From NCBI GenBank assembly GCA_963786935.1, contig CAWBAN010000001.1:992001-1056000 (forward strand): a stretch of 64,000 bases of DNA, in the 5' to 3' direction. The first letter of the stretch is position 1; each line of letters begins with the position of its first letter. The position numbers and the translations under genes were made by a program. Shown here piece after piece: positions 1-9,755 of the stretch. Below the pieces are notes generated by a model. That model worked only from the letters and a program-made list of their open reading frames with translations. It ran no database searches and was not told the DNA's origin. The stretch comes from an uncultured bacterium (GTDB lineage Bacteria; Krumholzibacteriota; Krumholzibacteriia; Krumholzibacteriales; Krumholzibacteriaceae).

Positions 1-1269
1 CGAGGCATCGACGGTGAACTCGTGGAAGACCGACTCCTTCCAGCCGTTTCCGTAGCCGCCGGCCCCCGGCCATTGGCGCGCCATCCCCTCCGCGTCGCTG
101 TACGAGCAGATGATCGCGTAGTTGTTCGACGCGTACATCGTTCGTTTGAAGCGCCGCGTCGGCAGAGGCATTTTGAGCGCGTCCCCGCTCGTCCCGACGG
201 GGCGCAGATCGATCGCGCGGGCGCGCCAGTCGATCTCCGTGAAATCGATCCATCCGAGGCGCTCGCGCGACCAGGCGCAGGGATGCGCCGGCGAGACGGG
301 CGTGTTCCAGTTGCCCGCACCCATGAGCCCCCAGAATCCGATGCCGCTCGAGCCGCCGTCGAAGTCGTAGAGATCGGGGAGCCCGATCGCGTGGCCGAGC
401 TCGTGGCAGATGACGCCGATCTCGATGATGCCCGTTTCGCACGAGAGGGACGGGACCACGATGTAGTCGTCGACTTTGATCGAGCCGCCTCCCGCCGCGG
501 CGTCGTTCGTCGTGTACGGCTCTCCTCCCGAAACGGGCCACTGGCTGTAGGTCCACGAGTGCGACCAGATGTGGGGCGACACGCCGTCGCACTCGGCGCC
601 CCAGGTCGGATGAATCACCAGCAGCACGTCGACGAATCCGTCGTCGTCCCCCGAGTTCGGAACGCCGTCGGGGCCGTCGTTGTCGAACGCGCCGAAATCG
701 GCGGAGGGATCGAGCGCGTCGAGGATCTCCTTGATCATATCGCCGGTGCGCGCCGTGCCGTACGGCGGCGGAATGTAGCCCTGCGAGGCGCCGCCCGTGT
801 AATATGCCTCGTTCTGCGAGAGCTGCACCCAGTCGAACACGCTGCCCGTCACGTCGAAGAGGCCGTACGACACCTCGCTCCAGTATTGACGCAACGTGCC
901 CGTCGCCCAGGGGCCCGTGAAAAACTCCCGGTCGAACGCGTTCCTGGTGAAGGGAGGGGTCATGCCGCTGTAGAGGCCGAGCACGACGGGGATCGCGAGC
1001 TCCCCCCCGAGCGCGTTATCGGCGTTCAGCAGCGCCGTTCCCGCGCTCGCGCGGGCGTTCCGGTAGCGCGAATCCCCCCGCACCTGCATCTCCCGCCGCT
1101 CGAGCCATGCGTGCTTGAGCGCGAAGGCGTCCTTCAGCCGCCTCTTGAGCTCCTGGTACTGCCGGGGAAGCGCGGCGCCCGGGCGGGGAGAAACGATGCC
1201 GGCGCCCGCGGCGCCCGCGAACGACAGCGCGCATGCGAAGAGAAGTATTTTCGTCGCGGTCGTTTTCAC
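1..1269 (-). CDS. M6 family (immune inhibitor A-like) secreted zinc metalloprotease, 5' part; runs off window start
   Basis: Not in the ORF track because it has no stop in the window. Manual translation: GTG at 1269, signal peptide MKTTATKILLFACALSFAGAAGA, HELGHAIGLPDLYD zinc motif (~365-405), then GIGFWGLMGAGNWN. Confidence 0.85.
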   Translation of the reverse strand, partial: MKTTATKILLFACALSFAGAAGAGIVSPRPGAALPRQYQELKRRLKDAFALKHAWLERREMQVRGDSRYRNARASAGTALLNADNALGGELAIPVVLGLYSGMTPPFTRNAFDREFFTGPWATGTLRQYWSEVSYGLFDVTGSVFDWVQLSQNEAYYTGGASQGYIPPPYGTARTGDMIKEILDALDPSADFGAFDNDGPDGVPNSGDDDGFVDVLLVIHPTWGAECDGVSPHIWSHSWTYSQWPVSGGEPYTTNDAAAGGGSIKVDDYIVVPSLSCETGIIEIGVICHELGHAIGLPDLYDFDGGSSGIGFWGLMGAGNWNTPVSPAHPCAWSRERLGWIDFTEIDWRARAIDLRPVGTSGDALKMPLPTRRFKRTMYASNNYAIICSYSDAEGMARQWPGAGGYGNGWKESVFHEFTVDAS

Positions 1270-1312
1270 CTGTTCACCAGCCGATGCGTGGGCCGGCCGC
1301 AACCGGAGCTCA

Positions 1313-1885
1313 TCACTCCGTCGGATTGATCACCGCTTTGTACGACGTCGCGGGCACCATCGTCTGCCCCTCGTCGCACATCGCGATGCCGATGAACTCG
1401 CTCTTTTCGTGGGCGACCAGGGAAATCTCGGCGTTCTCGAGCCCGGACGGAACACTCAGCGTCAGCGCATGGAGCACGAGCTTCGGCCCCTGCACGCAGG
1501 GGAACGTCTCGCTGATCCCGTGCTCGAACGTTCCGAGGAGCGCCACGCGCTCCTTGTAGTACTGGTCGTTCTCGATCTTGACCCCTTCGGGGAGCACGAG
1601 ACGGTACTCGACCGCGGCGATCGGCATCGTCTCGGGGAAATTCACGATGATGTAGATGGTGGTCTGACGGTCGCGGCCGCCCAGCTTCGCGGTGCGCTGC
1701 GAACCCTCGGCGTCGAAAAACACGCCGAAGCTCACTTCCTCGGAAACATACGAGAGCGTCGTATCCGCGCGGGTGGTGTCGGCCGGGGCGCCTTCGGTCT
1801 TCTTGGTCCCCTTCCCGCACGAGAAGACGAGGGGCACGATCAGGAGCGCGACGAACGCGAGACTCACGCGCTGACGGATGGACAT
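1313..1885 (-). CDS. Putative lipoprotein, unknown function
   Basis: Hydrophobic signal ending LVFSC (lipobox-like); GGGAGG RBS upstream. Confidence 0.7.
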   Translation of the reverse strand: MSIRQRVSLAFVALLIVPLVFSCGKGTKKTEGAPADTTRADTTLSYVSEEVSFGVFFDAEGSQRTAKLGGRDRQTTIYIIVNFPETMPIAAVEYRLVLPEGVKIENDQYYKERVALLGTFEHGISETFPCVQGPKLVLHALTLSVPSGLENAEISLVAHEKSEFIGIAMCDEGQTMVPATSYKAVINPTE

Positions 1886-1996
1886 CGAGCTACCTCCCTA
1901 TGAAACATGGTCGATTTGCCGGTCTCCTGCAACAGCTGAATGCTTCATCATAGGGGCAATCGCCGCGTTTTACAACGTATTTCGATGACATTCCCG

Positions 1997-2025
1997 TTGA
2001 CCCGCCCGACGGCATCGGCTAGAAT
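1997..2025 (+). promoter_or_regulatory. Sigma70-like promoter for pccB-mcmA-mce
   Basis: TTGACC-N17-TAGAAT. Confidence 0.6.
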
Positions 2026-2101
2026 GAGCGCTGCTCTATCGGCGTCCCCCGCTTCGGCCGGGGGGCGCGCAGGCATCAAACCTCCCGAGGAGGTATCTCC
2101 C

Positions 2102-3655
2102 TTGAAAGCCAAGAACGAGAAATTCGAGATTCTGCAGAAAAAGCGCGAGCAGGCGCTCCTCGGCGGCGGCGTCGAGCGAATACAGAAGATTCACGAGTCG
2201 GGTCGCCTGACGGCGCGCGAGCGGATCCACAAGCTCTTCGACGAGGGCACCTTCCAGGAGCTCGGCGTCTTCGTCACGCACCGCTCGACGTGGCCCGGCA
2301 TGGAGGAGAACAAGATCGTCGGCGACGGCGTCGTGTGCGGTCACGGGCTCGTGAACGGCAGGAACGTCTACGCGTTCGCGCAGGACTTCACCGTGTTCGG
2401 CGGCAGCCTCAGCGAGGCGAACGCGCGCAAGATCACCCGTCTGCTCGACATGGCGATGGAGAACGGCGCACCCGTCGTCGGCCTCTGCGACAGCGGCGGC
2501 GCCCGCATCCAGGAAGGCGTGGCGAGCCTCGGCGGATACGCGGACATCTTCCTGCGGAATACGCTCGCCTCGGGGGTGATCCCGCAGATCTCCGCCATCC
2601 TCGGCCCGTGCGCGGGAGGCGCGGTCTACTCCCCCGCCATCACCGATTTCATCTTCATGGTCAAGGACACGAGCCACATGTTCATCACGGGCCCGAACGT
2701 CATCAAGAAGGTGACGCACGAGGACGTGACCTTCGAGGAGCTCGGCGGGGCGCTGACGCACAACAGCAAGAGCGGCGTGGCGCACTTCATGTCGGACAAC
2801 GACGAGGACTGCCTCGCGAAGATCAAGGATCTCCTCGCCTATCTTCCGCAGAACAACCTCGAGGACCCGCCCTACCTCGCGCCGAGCGACGATCCGGGGC
2901 GCCGGGAGCCGAAGCTGGCGGACGTCGTCCCCGACGATCCGCGGCAGCCGTACGACATCACCGAAGTCATCGATCTCATCGTGGACAACGGCGTTTTTCT
3001 CGAGGTGCAGCCGCTCTGGGCGAAGAACATCGTCGTCGGCTTCGCGCGCCTCAACGGGCACGTCGTGGGCGTCGTCGCGAACCAGCCGCTCCACATGGCC
3101 GGCGTCCTCGACATCGACTCCTCGATCAAAGGCGCCCGATTCATCCGCTTCTGCGACGCCTTCAACGTCCCGCTCATCACCTTCGAGGACGTTCCCGGAT
3201 TCCTCCCGGGCACGCAGCAGGAATGGAGCGGCATCATCAGGCACGGCGCCAAGCTCATCTTCGCCTACTGCGAGGCGACGGTGCCCAAGATCACGGTGAT
3301 CACGCGCAAAGCGTACGGCGGCGCCTACTGCGTCATGTCGAGCAAGCACATCAGGGGGGATTACAACGTCGCGTGGCCGACGGCGGAGATCGCCGTCATG
3401 GGGGCCGAAGGCGCGGTCAACATTCTCTACCGGAAGGAAATCTCGTCGGCCGAGGATCCCGACGCCGAGCTCCAGAGATACATCGACATGTACGTCGAGT
3501 CGTTCGCCAATCCGTACGTCGCGGCGTCCTTCGGCTACCTCGACGACGTCATCAGCCCCGAGAACACGAGGCCGATGATCATCCACGCGCTCGAGAACCT
3601 CATCAACAAGCGGCAGCAGCTTCCGCCGAAGAAGCACGGCAACATCCCCCTGTGA
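2102..3655 (+). CDS. pccB: Acyl-CoA carboxylase/methylmalonyl-CoA decarboxylase carboxyltransferase subunit (PccB family)
   Basis: [48 protein letters not shown] motifs; TTG start after GAGGAGGT. Confidence 0.92.
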   Translation: MKAKNEKFEILQKKREQALLGGGVERIQKIHESGRLTARERIHKLFDEGTFQELGVFVTHRSTWPGMEENKIVGDGVVCGHGLVNGRNVYAFAQDFTVFGGSLSEANARKITRLLDMAMENGAPVVGLCDSGGARIQEGVASLGGYADIFLRNTLASGVIPQISAILGPCAGGAVYSPAITDFIFMVKDTSHMFITGPNVIKKVTHEDVTFEELGGALTHNSKSGVAHFMSDNDEDCLAKIKDLLAYLPQNNLEDPPYLAPSDDPGRREPKLADVVPDDPRQPYDITEVIDLIVDNGVFLEVQPLWAKNIVVGFARLNGHVVGVVANQPLHMAGVLDIDSSIKGARFIRFCDAFNVPLITFEDVPGFLPGTQQEWSGIIRHGAKLIFAYCEATVPKITVITRKAYGGAYCVMSSKHIRGDYNVAWPTAEIAVMGAEGAVNILYRKEISSAEDPDAELQRYIDMYVESFANPYVAASFGYLDDVISPENTRPMIIHALENLINKRQQLPPKKHGNIPL

Positions 3656-3666
3656 GAGGACGCTCC

Positions 3667-5346
3667 ATGCCGGGCAAGAGAACGAAAAAACCCCTCGCCG
3701 GGGAGCTTTCGAGCTGGGAAGAGAAGACGTACCGCCCCTTCAGCGTCAAGGGAGGCGAGCGCAAGAGCCCCTTCGAGACGACGTCGGGGATCGAGCTCAA
3801 ACCCCTCTACACGCCGCTCGACGCGCCGGAGGAATCGTATCCGGACCGCCTCTCCTTCCCCGGATCCTATCCGTACACGAGGGGCGTCTACCCCACGATG
3901 TTCCGGGGAAAGTTCTGGACGATGCGGCAGTACGCCGGCTTCGGCTCCGCCGAGGAGACGAATCTCCGCTTCCGCTACCTCCTCGAGAAGGGGCAGACGG
4001 GGCTCTCGATCGCCTTCGACCTGCCGACCCAGATGGGCTACGACTCGGACGATCAGATGGCGGAGGGAGAAATCGGAAGAGTCGGCGTCGCAATCGATTC
4101 CATCGAAGACTTCAGAATTCTCATGAAGGACATTCCCCTCGAGAAGGTCAGCACCTCGATGACGATCAACTCCACGGCGGCGATCCTGCTCGCGATGTAC
4201 GCCGCGCTCGCCGAGGAAACGGGGGTGCCCCTCTCCAAGATTTCGGGGACGATCCAGAACGACATTCTCAAGGAATACTACGCCCGCGGAACCTACATCT
4301 ATCCGCCGGCTCCCTCGATGAGGATCGTCACGGACATCTTCGCCTGGTGCAGGGACCGCGCGCCGCAGTGGAACACGATCAGCATCAGCGGCTATCACAT
4401 CCGAGAGGCGGGCTCCACCGCGGTCCAGGAGGTCGCCCTCACCCTGTCCGACGCGGTCACGTACGTCGAGGCCGCGATACGCGCGGGGCTCGCCGTGGAC
4501 GATTTCGCGCCGCGCCTGTCGTTCTTCTTCGGCGTGCACAACAACCTCCTCGAGGAGGTCGCGAAATTCCGGGCGGCCCGTCGTCTCTGGGCGCGCATCA
4601 TGAAGGAGCGGTTCGGCGCGAAAAGCGACAAATCGCTCCTCCTGCGCTTCCACACGCAGACGGCGGGCTGCACGCTCACGGCCCAGCAGATCGAGAACAA
4701 CGTCGTCCGCGTCACGCTCCAGGCGCTCGCCGCCGTCCTCGGCGGCACCCAGTCGCTCCACACGAACTCGAAGGACGAGGCGCTCAACCTCCCGTCCGAA
4801 GAAGCGGCGCTCACCGCGCTTCGAACCCAGCAGGTCATCGCGGAGGAATCGGGCGTGTGCGACGTCATCGATCCCCTCGGCGGCTCCTACGCGGTCGAGA
4901 AGCTCACCGACGAGATCGAGGAGCGCTCGCTCGCGCTCATGAAGCGGATCGAGGACATGGGGGGAATGATCCGGGCGATCGAGCAGCGCTTCCCCCAGCG
5001 CGAGATCGAACGGAGCGCATACGAATACCAGAAGGCGATCGAGAGCGGCGCCGTCGGCGTCGTCGGGGTGAACCGTTACGCGGGCTCCTCCCCCGCCCGG
5101 AGCGGCTCGTTCAGGATCGACGCCTCCGTCGCCGAACGGCAGCGCTCCCGGCTCGCTCGCTTCAAGAGCGGCCGCGACCCGGCCGCCGTATCCCGGCTTC
5201 TGACGGCCGTCGAGGAGGCCGCGCGGGGCGAGGCGAACCTCATGCCGCCGATCGTCGACGCCGTGCGGGGGAACTGCACGCTCGGCGAAATCTCGCGGGC
5301 GATGGAGAAGGTCTTCGGCCGGTACAATCCCGCCTCGGGCGCCTAG
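3667..5346 (+). CDS. mcmA: Methylmalonyl-CoA mutase, large (substrate-binding) subunit
   Basis: [22 protein letters not shown] (Tyr), [12 protein letters not shown] (Arg), [10 protein letters not shown]; no C-terminal B12 domain. Confidence 0.88.
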   Translation: MPGKRTKKPLAGELSSWEEKTYRPFSVKGGERKSPFETTSGIELKPLYTPLDAPEESYPDRLSFPGSYPYTRGVYPTMFRGKFWTMRQYAGFGSAEETNLRFRYLLEKGQTGLSIAFDLPTQMGYDSDDQMAEGEIGRVGVAIDSIEDFRILMKDIPLEKVSTSMTINSTAAILLAMYAALAEETGVPLSKISGTIQNDILKEYYARGTYIYPPAPSMRIVTDIFAWCRDRAPQWNTISISGYHIREAGSTAVQEVALTLSDAVTYVEAAIRAGLAVDDFAPRLSFFFGVHNNLLEEVAKFRAARRLWARIMKERFGAKSDKSLLLRFHTQTAGCTLTAQQIENNVVRVTLQALAAVLGGTQSLHTNSKDEALNLPSEEAALTALRTQQVIAEESGVCDVIDPLGGSYAVEKLTDEIEERSLALMKRIEDMGGMIRAIEQRFPQREIERSAYEYQKAIESGAVGVVGVNRYAGSSPARSGSFRIDASVAERQRSRLARFKSGRDPAAVSRLLTAVEEAARGEANLMPPIVDAVRGNCTLGEISRAMEKVFGRYNPASGA

Positions 5347-5393
5347 GCCGGGCGCGGACGGATTCACGCACTACCGATACCAGGGAGGTCGAC

Positions 5394-5801
5394 ATGCACA
5401 ACCGGCTCGGCGCCGTCAACCATATCGGAATCGCCGTCAAGAACCTCGAAGAGGCGAAGAGACTCTTCTCCGACGCGCTCGCGCTCCCCTGCGTCGCCGA
5501 AAAGACCGTGCCGGAGCGAGGCGTCAAGATCGCGTTCCTCTCCACGGGAAACACGACGGTCGAGCTCCTCGAAGGGCTCGGCCCGGAGAGCGCCGTCTCG
5601 AAGTTCGTCGAGCAGCGGGGCCCCGGCATCCACCACCTGTGTTTCGAGGTCGATGGGATCGAGCGCGTCATGAAGGAGCTCGCCGAGAGCGGCATGCGCC
5701 TCATCGACGAAAAGCCGCGCCTCGGCGCCGAGGGCAAGCTCGTCGCCTTCGTCCACCCGAAGTCGACGCTCGGCGTGCTTATCGAACTCATCGAGAAATG
5801 A
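5394..5801 (+). CDS. mce: Methylmalonyl-CoA epimerase
   Basis: NHIGIAV, GIHHLCFEV, FVHPKSTLGVLIELIE VOC motifs; GGGAGG RBS; follows the mutase. Confidence 0.92.
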   Translation: MHNRLGAVNHIGIAVKNLEEAKRLFSDALALPCVAEKTVPERGVKIAFLSTGNTTVELLEGLGPESAVSKFVEQRGPGIHHLCFEVDGIERVMKELAESGMRLIDEKPRLGAEGKLVAFVHPKSTLGVLIELIEK

Positions 5802-5838
5802 GACGCACCGCGCGCGACATCGAATAGCGGGTGACGTC

Positions 5839-6884
5839 TCAGCGCGCGGTCGGTTTCTTAGCCTGCTCCCGGTACATCTCGAGATAGGGATCGGCTTTCG
5901 CGAGAGAGCCGAAGCGCGCGTACGCGTCCGCCTTGCATCCGCCGGCGCACGACGACTCGACGGCGCAGCCGCGGCAGAAATCGGGGATCGAGGAGCAGAA
6001 CTCGTCGACGGCCGGCGTCTCGGCGATCCGTTCGAACGGTTCCGTGAGGAGGTTGCCGAGGACGATCTTCGAGCGGTTGCACATGCGGAGATTTCCCGCG
6101 GGGTCGATCGCGAAGTACGAGCTCGATCCGTCGGGATCGTTGAGCGGGCAGAAGCTCGTTTTGACGTTCGGATAGCGGGCGAGGTCGATGAGGCACGGCT
6201 GGATCTGGACTCCGACGCTCATGCCGAGCCGGTATTTCTCGATGAGCGGAAGCCCCGCGTCGAGCGAGCGCTGGATGTCGGCCGGCGACGGCGCGAGCGA
6301 CTCCCATCCGGCGAGGCACGTGCCGCCGCAGGCGACGCGGTTGAACAGGATCCAGTCGACCCGGAGCAGCGCGTTGAGCTCGACGTATTCCTTGAACGCG
6401 CCGATGTTCGCGGCGGTTGCCACGAACACCGTATTGACGTTCCCCTTGAGCGCCTTGATGTTGACGATCGCGTCGACGACCTCTTCGAAGCTCCCCTTCC
6501 GCCCCGCGAGCTCGTCGTGCACGGAGGGCACGTGTCCGTGCAGGGAGACCTCGAAGTAATTCACGCCGCTCTCCATGCATCGCGAGACCGTTTCGCGGCT
6601 CAGGAGCTGCCCGTTCGATATGAGGACCGGCAGCACCTTTCGCGACGAGATGTACGAGGCGATCTCGAAGATGTCGTCCCGCAGCAGCGGCTCCCCCCCG
6701 TCAGCCCGATGAACTCGCAGCCCGTCTCGTCGATGACCTTGCCGAGAAGACGCAGGGCGGAGGCGGTCGACAGCTCATCGCGCGGGTAATCGTCGGTCTC
6801 CTTCCACACGTTGTAGCAGAAGGCGCACGAATTCTGGCACCGCTTGGTGACTTCGTAGAGAAGGTATCGATGTTTGCGCCTCAT
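5839..6884 (-). CDS. Radical SAM/SPASM peptide maturase 2 (split by a frameshift at a G7 run ~6693-6699, probably a sequencing error)
   Basis: N-part MRRKHRYLLYEVTKRCQNSCAFCYN...GLTGG; one extra G restores TGGEPLLRDDIFEI and joins ORF 5839..6636 with SPASM motif C..C..CRGCAVESSCAGGC. Confidence 0.85.
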
Positions 6885-6919
6885 GGCGATGCTTCGCTCC
6901 TCCGCGATTTCCCCGCCGG

Positions 6920-7990
6920 CTACGCCGATTGCTCCACGGCCCGGTCGAACGACGCCCGGGCGGGCTTCTTCGCGCGCGCCTTGAAGAGAGCCAGGTACGG
7001 ATCCTCCGCGTCGAACGATCCGTTGAGCACCTGCGCCGACGACCGGCATCCGCCCCGGCACACCGGCAGGTCGGGGCAGTCCGAGCAAGACTCCGGCGCC
7101 GTTTCCGAGAGCCGTCGGAGAAACTCATCGGACGAGAGCTTTTCGAAGCGCTCCGTGAGCATGCTCCCGAGGACGAACGGCGAATGGCTGCACGCCTTCA
7201 AATGTCCCTCGGGATCGATGCCGTAGAGCGTATGCTCGGTGTTTCCGAGGGAACAGAAGCTGAAACGAACTCGGGGAAACCGGGCAAGATCGTGCAGGCA
7301 CGGAAGCATGGGCGTCGCCACGGATACCGAGAGCGCATACTTTCCCGAGAGCTCTTCGGCCGCCGCGAGCGCCTCATCGAGCTCATCGGGCGACGGCATG
7401 AGCTTCTCCCACGCGGGAAGCCCCGCTCCCCCCGGCGTGAACCGGCCCAGGGCGACGTTTTTCACCCCGAGGAGCACGTTCAGCTCGAGCGTTTTTCGGA
7501 AGCTCCCGATATTGTCGGCGAGGCCGACGAAGAACGTGCACACGTTTCCCTTGCGATCCCTGATGCCGAGAATCGATTCGATCGCGCGGTCGAATCCGTC
7601 CATCCCGACGAGACGGTTGTGAAGCTCGCGCCGCTCGGCGAGGAGACTGATCTGGAACAGATCGACCCCGCTCTCCAGGCACCGCTCGATCGCTTCGACG
7701 GTCAGGAGCGTGCCGTTCGTGACGAGCGACACCTTGACGCCGCGCTTCTTCACGAACGATATGATCTCGAAAACGTCTTCCCGCGCGAGCGGCTCCCCGC
7801 CCGACAGCGACAGCGTCCGGCAGCCGCTCTCGTCGATCGCCCTGGCGAGGAGCTCCTTGACCTGCTTCGTCGGAAGCTCCCGTTTCGCTTCTTCCGCGGG
7901 ATTTTTCCAGGAATTATAGCAGAAGAGGCAGCGCTGGTTGCACTGCCCGGAGAATTCGTACATGAGAGAAACTGATGCCGGCCGACGCAT
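6920..7990 (-). CDS. Radical SAM/SPASM peptide maturase 1
   Basis: CNQRCLFC, SGGEPL, VTNG, SPASM C..C..CSDCPDLPVCRGGC; ATG at 7990 after a purine-rich RBS. Confidence 0.9.
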   Translation of the reverse strand: MRRPASVSLMYEFSGQCNQRCLFCYNSWKNPAEEAKRELPTKQVKELLARAIDESGCRTLSLSGGEPLAREDVFEIISFVKKRGVKVSLVTNGTLLTVEAIERCLESGVDLFQISLLAERRELHNRLVGMDGFDRAIESILGIRDRKGNVCTFFVGLADNIGSFRKTLELNVLLGVKNVALGRFTPGGAGLPAWEKLMPSPDELDEALAAAEELSGKYALSVSVATPMLPCLHDLARFPRVRFSFCSLGNTEHTLYGIDPEGHLKACSHSPFVLGSMLTERFEKLSSDEFLRRLSETAPESCSDCPDLPVCRGGCRSSAQVLNGSFDAEDPYLALFKARAKKPARASFDRAVEQSA

Positions 7991-8060
7991 TGCGCTCTTC
8001 TCTCGCACGGGGGTGGGGCACGCGGCAATCAAAGAACGCTGATCAGGTTCTCAGCTCGGA

Positions 8061-8195
8061 TCAGGGAACCGGCATGTAGCACAGCCACGGTCTCGTGGCA
8101 ACGCGCTCCTCGAGCTCTTCGACTTCGAGCTCCTCGAGAAGCTTCTTCTTCAACTCTTCGTTCCGAAGAGCCTCCATGATCTTCTCTTTGCTCAT
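8061..8195 (-). CDS. RiPP precursor peptide, 44 aa: MSKEKIMEALRNEELKKKLLEELEVEELEERVATRPWLCYMPVP
   Basis: ATG 8195 to TGA 8061; AGAGGGGG RBS; acidic helical leader and aromatic/Cys/Pro-rich tail; flanked by five radical SAM genes. Absent from the ORF track, whose shortest entries are 60 aa. Confidence 0.85.
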   Translation of the reverse strand: MSKEKIMEALRNEELKKKLLEELEVEELEERVATRPWLCYMPVP

Positions 8196-8340
8196 TCAGC
8201 CACCCCCTCTCGTTGTGATGCCGCTTGGCAAGCGGCCTTTGCACTCGCGAGCAGCCCTCCGCAATTCATTTCGCATCTACTGCTCATCGGACAGAGACAC
8301 GATGCCGCGTGCCACCCCCGAAACTGATATACTTTCGAAT

Positions 8341-8369
8341 AGTGTACATCCTGCGGCACATCGTATCAA
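8341..8369 (-). promoter_or_regulatory. Sigma70-like promoter upstream of the RiPP precursor
   Basis: Minus strand TTGATA-N17-TACACT, directly after the stop of the upstream gene. Confidence 0.55.
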
Positions 8370-9755
8370 TCATATTTTTATGCCGCGCCTCTCAGAAAAC
8401 CTGCGCAGATAAGCCGCTTTTTCGGCCAGCGAATCGTGCTCTATATGATAGAAACCGGCGAAAATATCGGGAAATTGACTAATAATAACTTTGAATTCCT
8501 CCGGCATCCGGCCTCCCCGCGGGCTGCCGGCGGCATCCAAGTTCCCGAGCGACGCGAATGCTGAGCAGAGACGCTCGTCGAACCGGAGGCGATCGGCGTA
8601 TTCCACGCCGAGGGGGGAAAGAGGCATCGGGGAAAGGAGCTTGAGCCCCGCCATGGCCCCCAGATGCCACATCGAAACGACGCTGAAGACGGTCGACTTG
8701 AGATCGTCCACGGTCTCGAACGGGAATCCCCAGATGTAGGACGTCACCACCTTCGGGATGAATTTCGCGGAGAGCGCGACCTTCTCCGTCGCCTCCTCGA
8801 TGGTGAACCGCTTGGCGATCCGGCGGAGAACGGCGTCCGAGCCCGATTCGATGCCGAGGAATATCGCGTCGCAGCCCGCCTTCGCCATCGTCTCGAGGAG
8901 CGTCTCGTCGAGAAGATCGATCCGCGAGAGGCACGTCCAATTCATGCCGAGCTTCGAGACCTCCTCGCTGAACGACTCGGCGCGGTCCCGCCTGAGGTCG
9001 AACGTATCGTCGGCGATGTGAACCCGCGAGATCCCGTGCGTCTCCTTGAGCTCGCGAAGCTCCCCGACGACTCCCTCGATGCTTCGGAAGACGGTCTTAT
9101 TCTCCCAGAGCGGCCCGACGTCGCAAAACGCGCACCGGTACGGGCACCCGCGCCCGCTCACGATGGATATGTTGTTGTAGACGGTCATGTCGGTCCGGGA
9201 GTACGCGGGGAGCCCGAGCGCGTCGAGATTCCGGATGCGTCCGCGCGGGGGCGTCCGCAGAACGGCCGCGCCGTCCCGATACGCGATGCCCGCGACGCCG
9301 CCGGGATCCGATCCCGCGCCGAGAGCCCTGACGAGCTCGACGATCGTCTCCTCCCCTTCCCCGATCGCCACGACGTCTATCCACGGCATCGAACGCATGA
9401 TCGCCTCCGCGACCCCGGACGGACCCGGTCCACCGAGCACCACGGCTCGCTCGGGCCGGCGCTCTTTGACCAGCTTCGTCGCGAGGAGCACGAACGGCAG
9501 CATCGAGACCATGCAGCTCACGCCGAGGACGGGGGAAGCCCCGTCGAGGAACGCGGCGAGCGATTCGACGTTCAGCGGATCGGCCGACTCGAGCGCGTGA
9601 ATCTGGTAATCGCGGAACTCGACCCGGATATTCGCCCGCTCGAGCGCCGAGACGAGATAGAGGCATCCGAGCGGCAGGTACGTCTCCCGCGCGCCCCCCT
9701 CTCCGCGCGCCACGGCCGTCGAGACGTTCACGAGCGTGATATCGGCGGGATTCAT
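8370..9755 (-). CDS. Cobalamin-dependent radical SAM enzyme (class B methyltransferase-like) 3
   Basis: B12-binding N-domain (PLGCLYL, VLGGPGPS, GEGE), GRGCPYRCAFC, GIESGS, WGFPFET; ATGA overlap with the upstream gene. Confidence 0.9.
   Translation of the reverse strand: MNPADITLVNVSTAVARGEGGARETYLPLGCLYLVSALERANIRVEFRDYQIHALESADPLNVESLAAFLDGASPVLGVSCMVSMLPFVLLATKLVKERRPERAVVLGGPGPSGVAEAIMRSMPWIDVVAIGEGEETIVELVRALGAGSDPGGVAGIAYRDGAAVLRTPPRGRIRNLDALGLPAYSRTDMTVYNNISIVSGRGCPYRCAFCDVGPLWENKTVFRSIEGVVGELRELKETHGISRVHIADDTFDLRRDRAESFSEEVSKLGMNWTCLSRIDLLDETLLETMAKAGCDAIFLGIESGSDAVLRRIAKRFTIEEATEKVALSAKFIPKVVTSYIWGFPFETVDDLKSTVFSVVSMWHLGAMAGLKLLSPMPLSPLGVEYADRLRFDERLCSAFASLGNLDAAGSPRGGRMPEEFKVIISQFPDIFAGFYHIEHDSLAEKAAYLRRFSERRGIKI

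Noticed and set aside
2290..5346. 1018-aa fusion ORF including the mutase (and similar N-extended ORFs for dxr, tsf, frr, uppS and the B12-rSAMs)
   Set aside because: The extensions overlap upstream genes in another frame; internal starts with RBS or stop/start overlap fit better.
8043..8063. Selenocysteine read-through of the precursor TGA
   Set aside because: Would add only SELRT before another TGA; no convincing SECIS-like hairpin seen.
8226..8243. Sigma54 site TGGCA...TTGCA near the precursor
   Set aside because: GG-to-GC spacing is 12 rather than 10, and it faces away from the precursor.
8029..8412. ORF-track entries 8029..8244(-) and 8095..8412(+) as precursor candidates
   Set aside because: Alternative frames overlapping the 8061-8195 ORF, which has the RBS and the leader/core composition.
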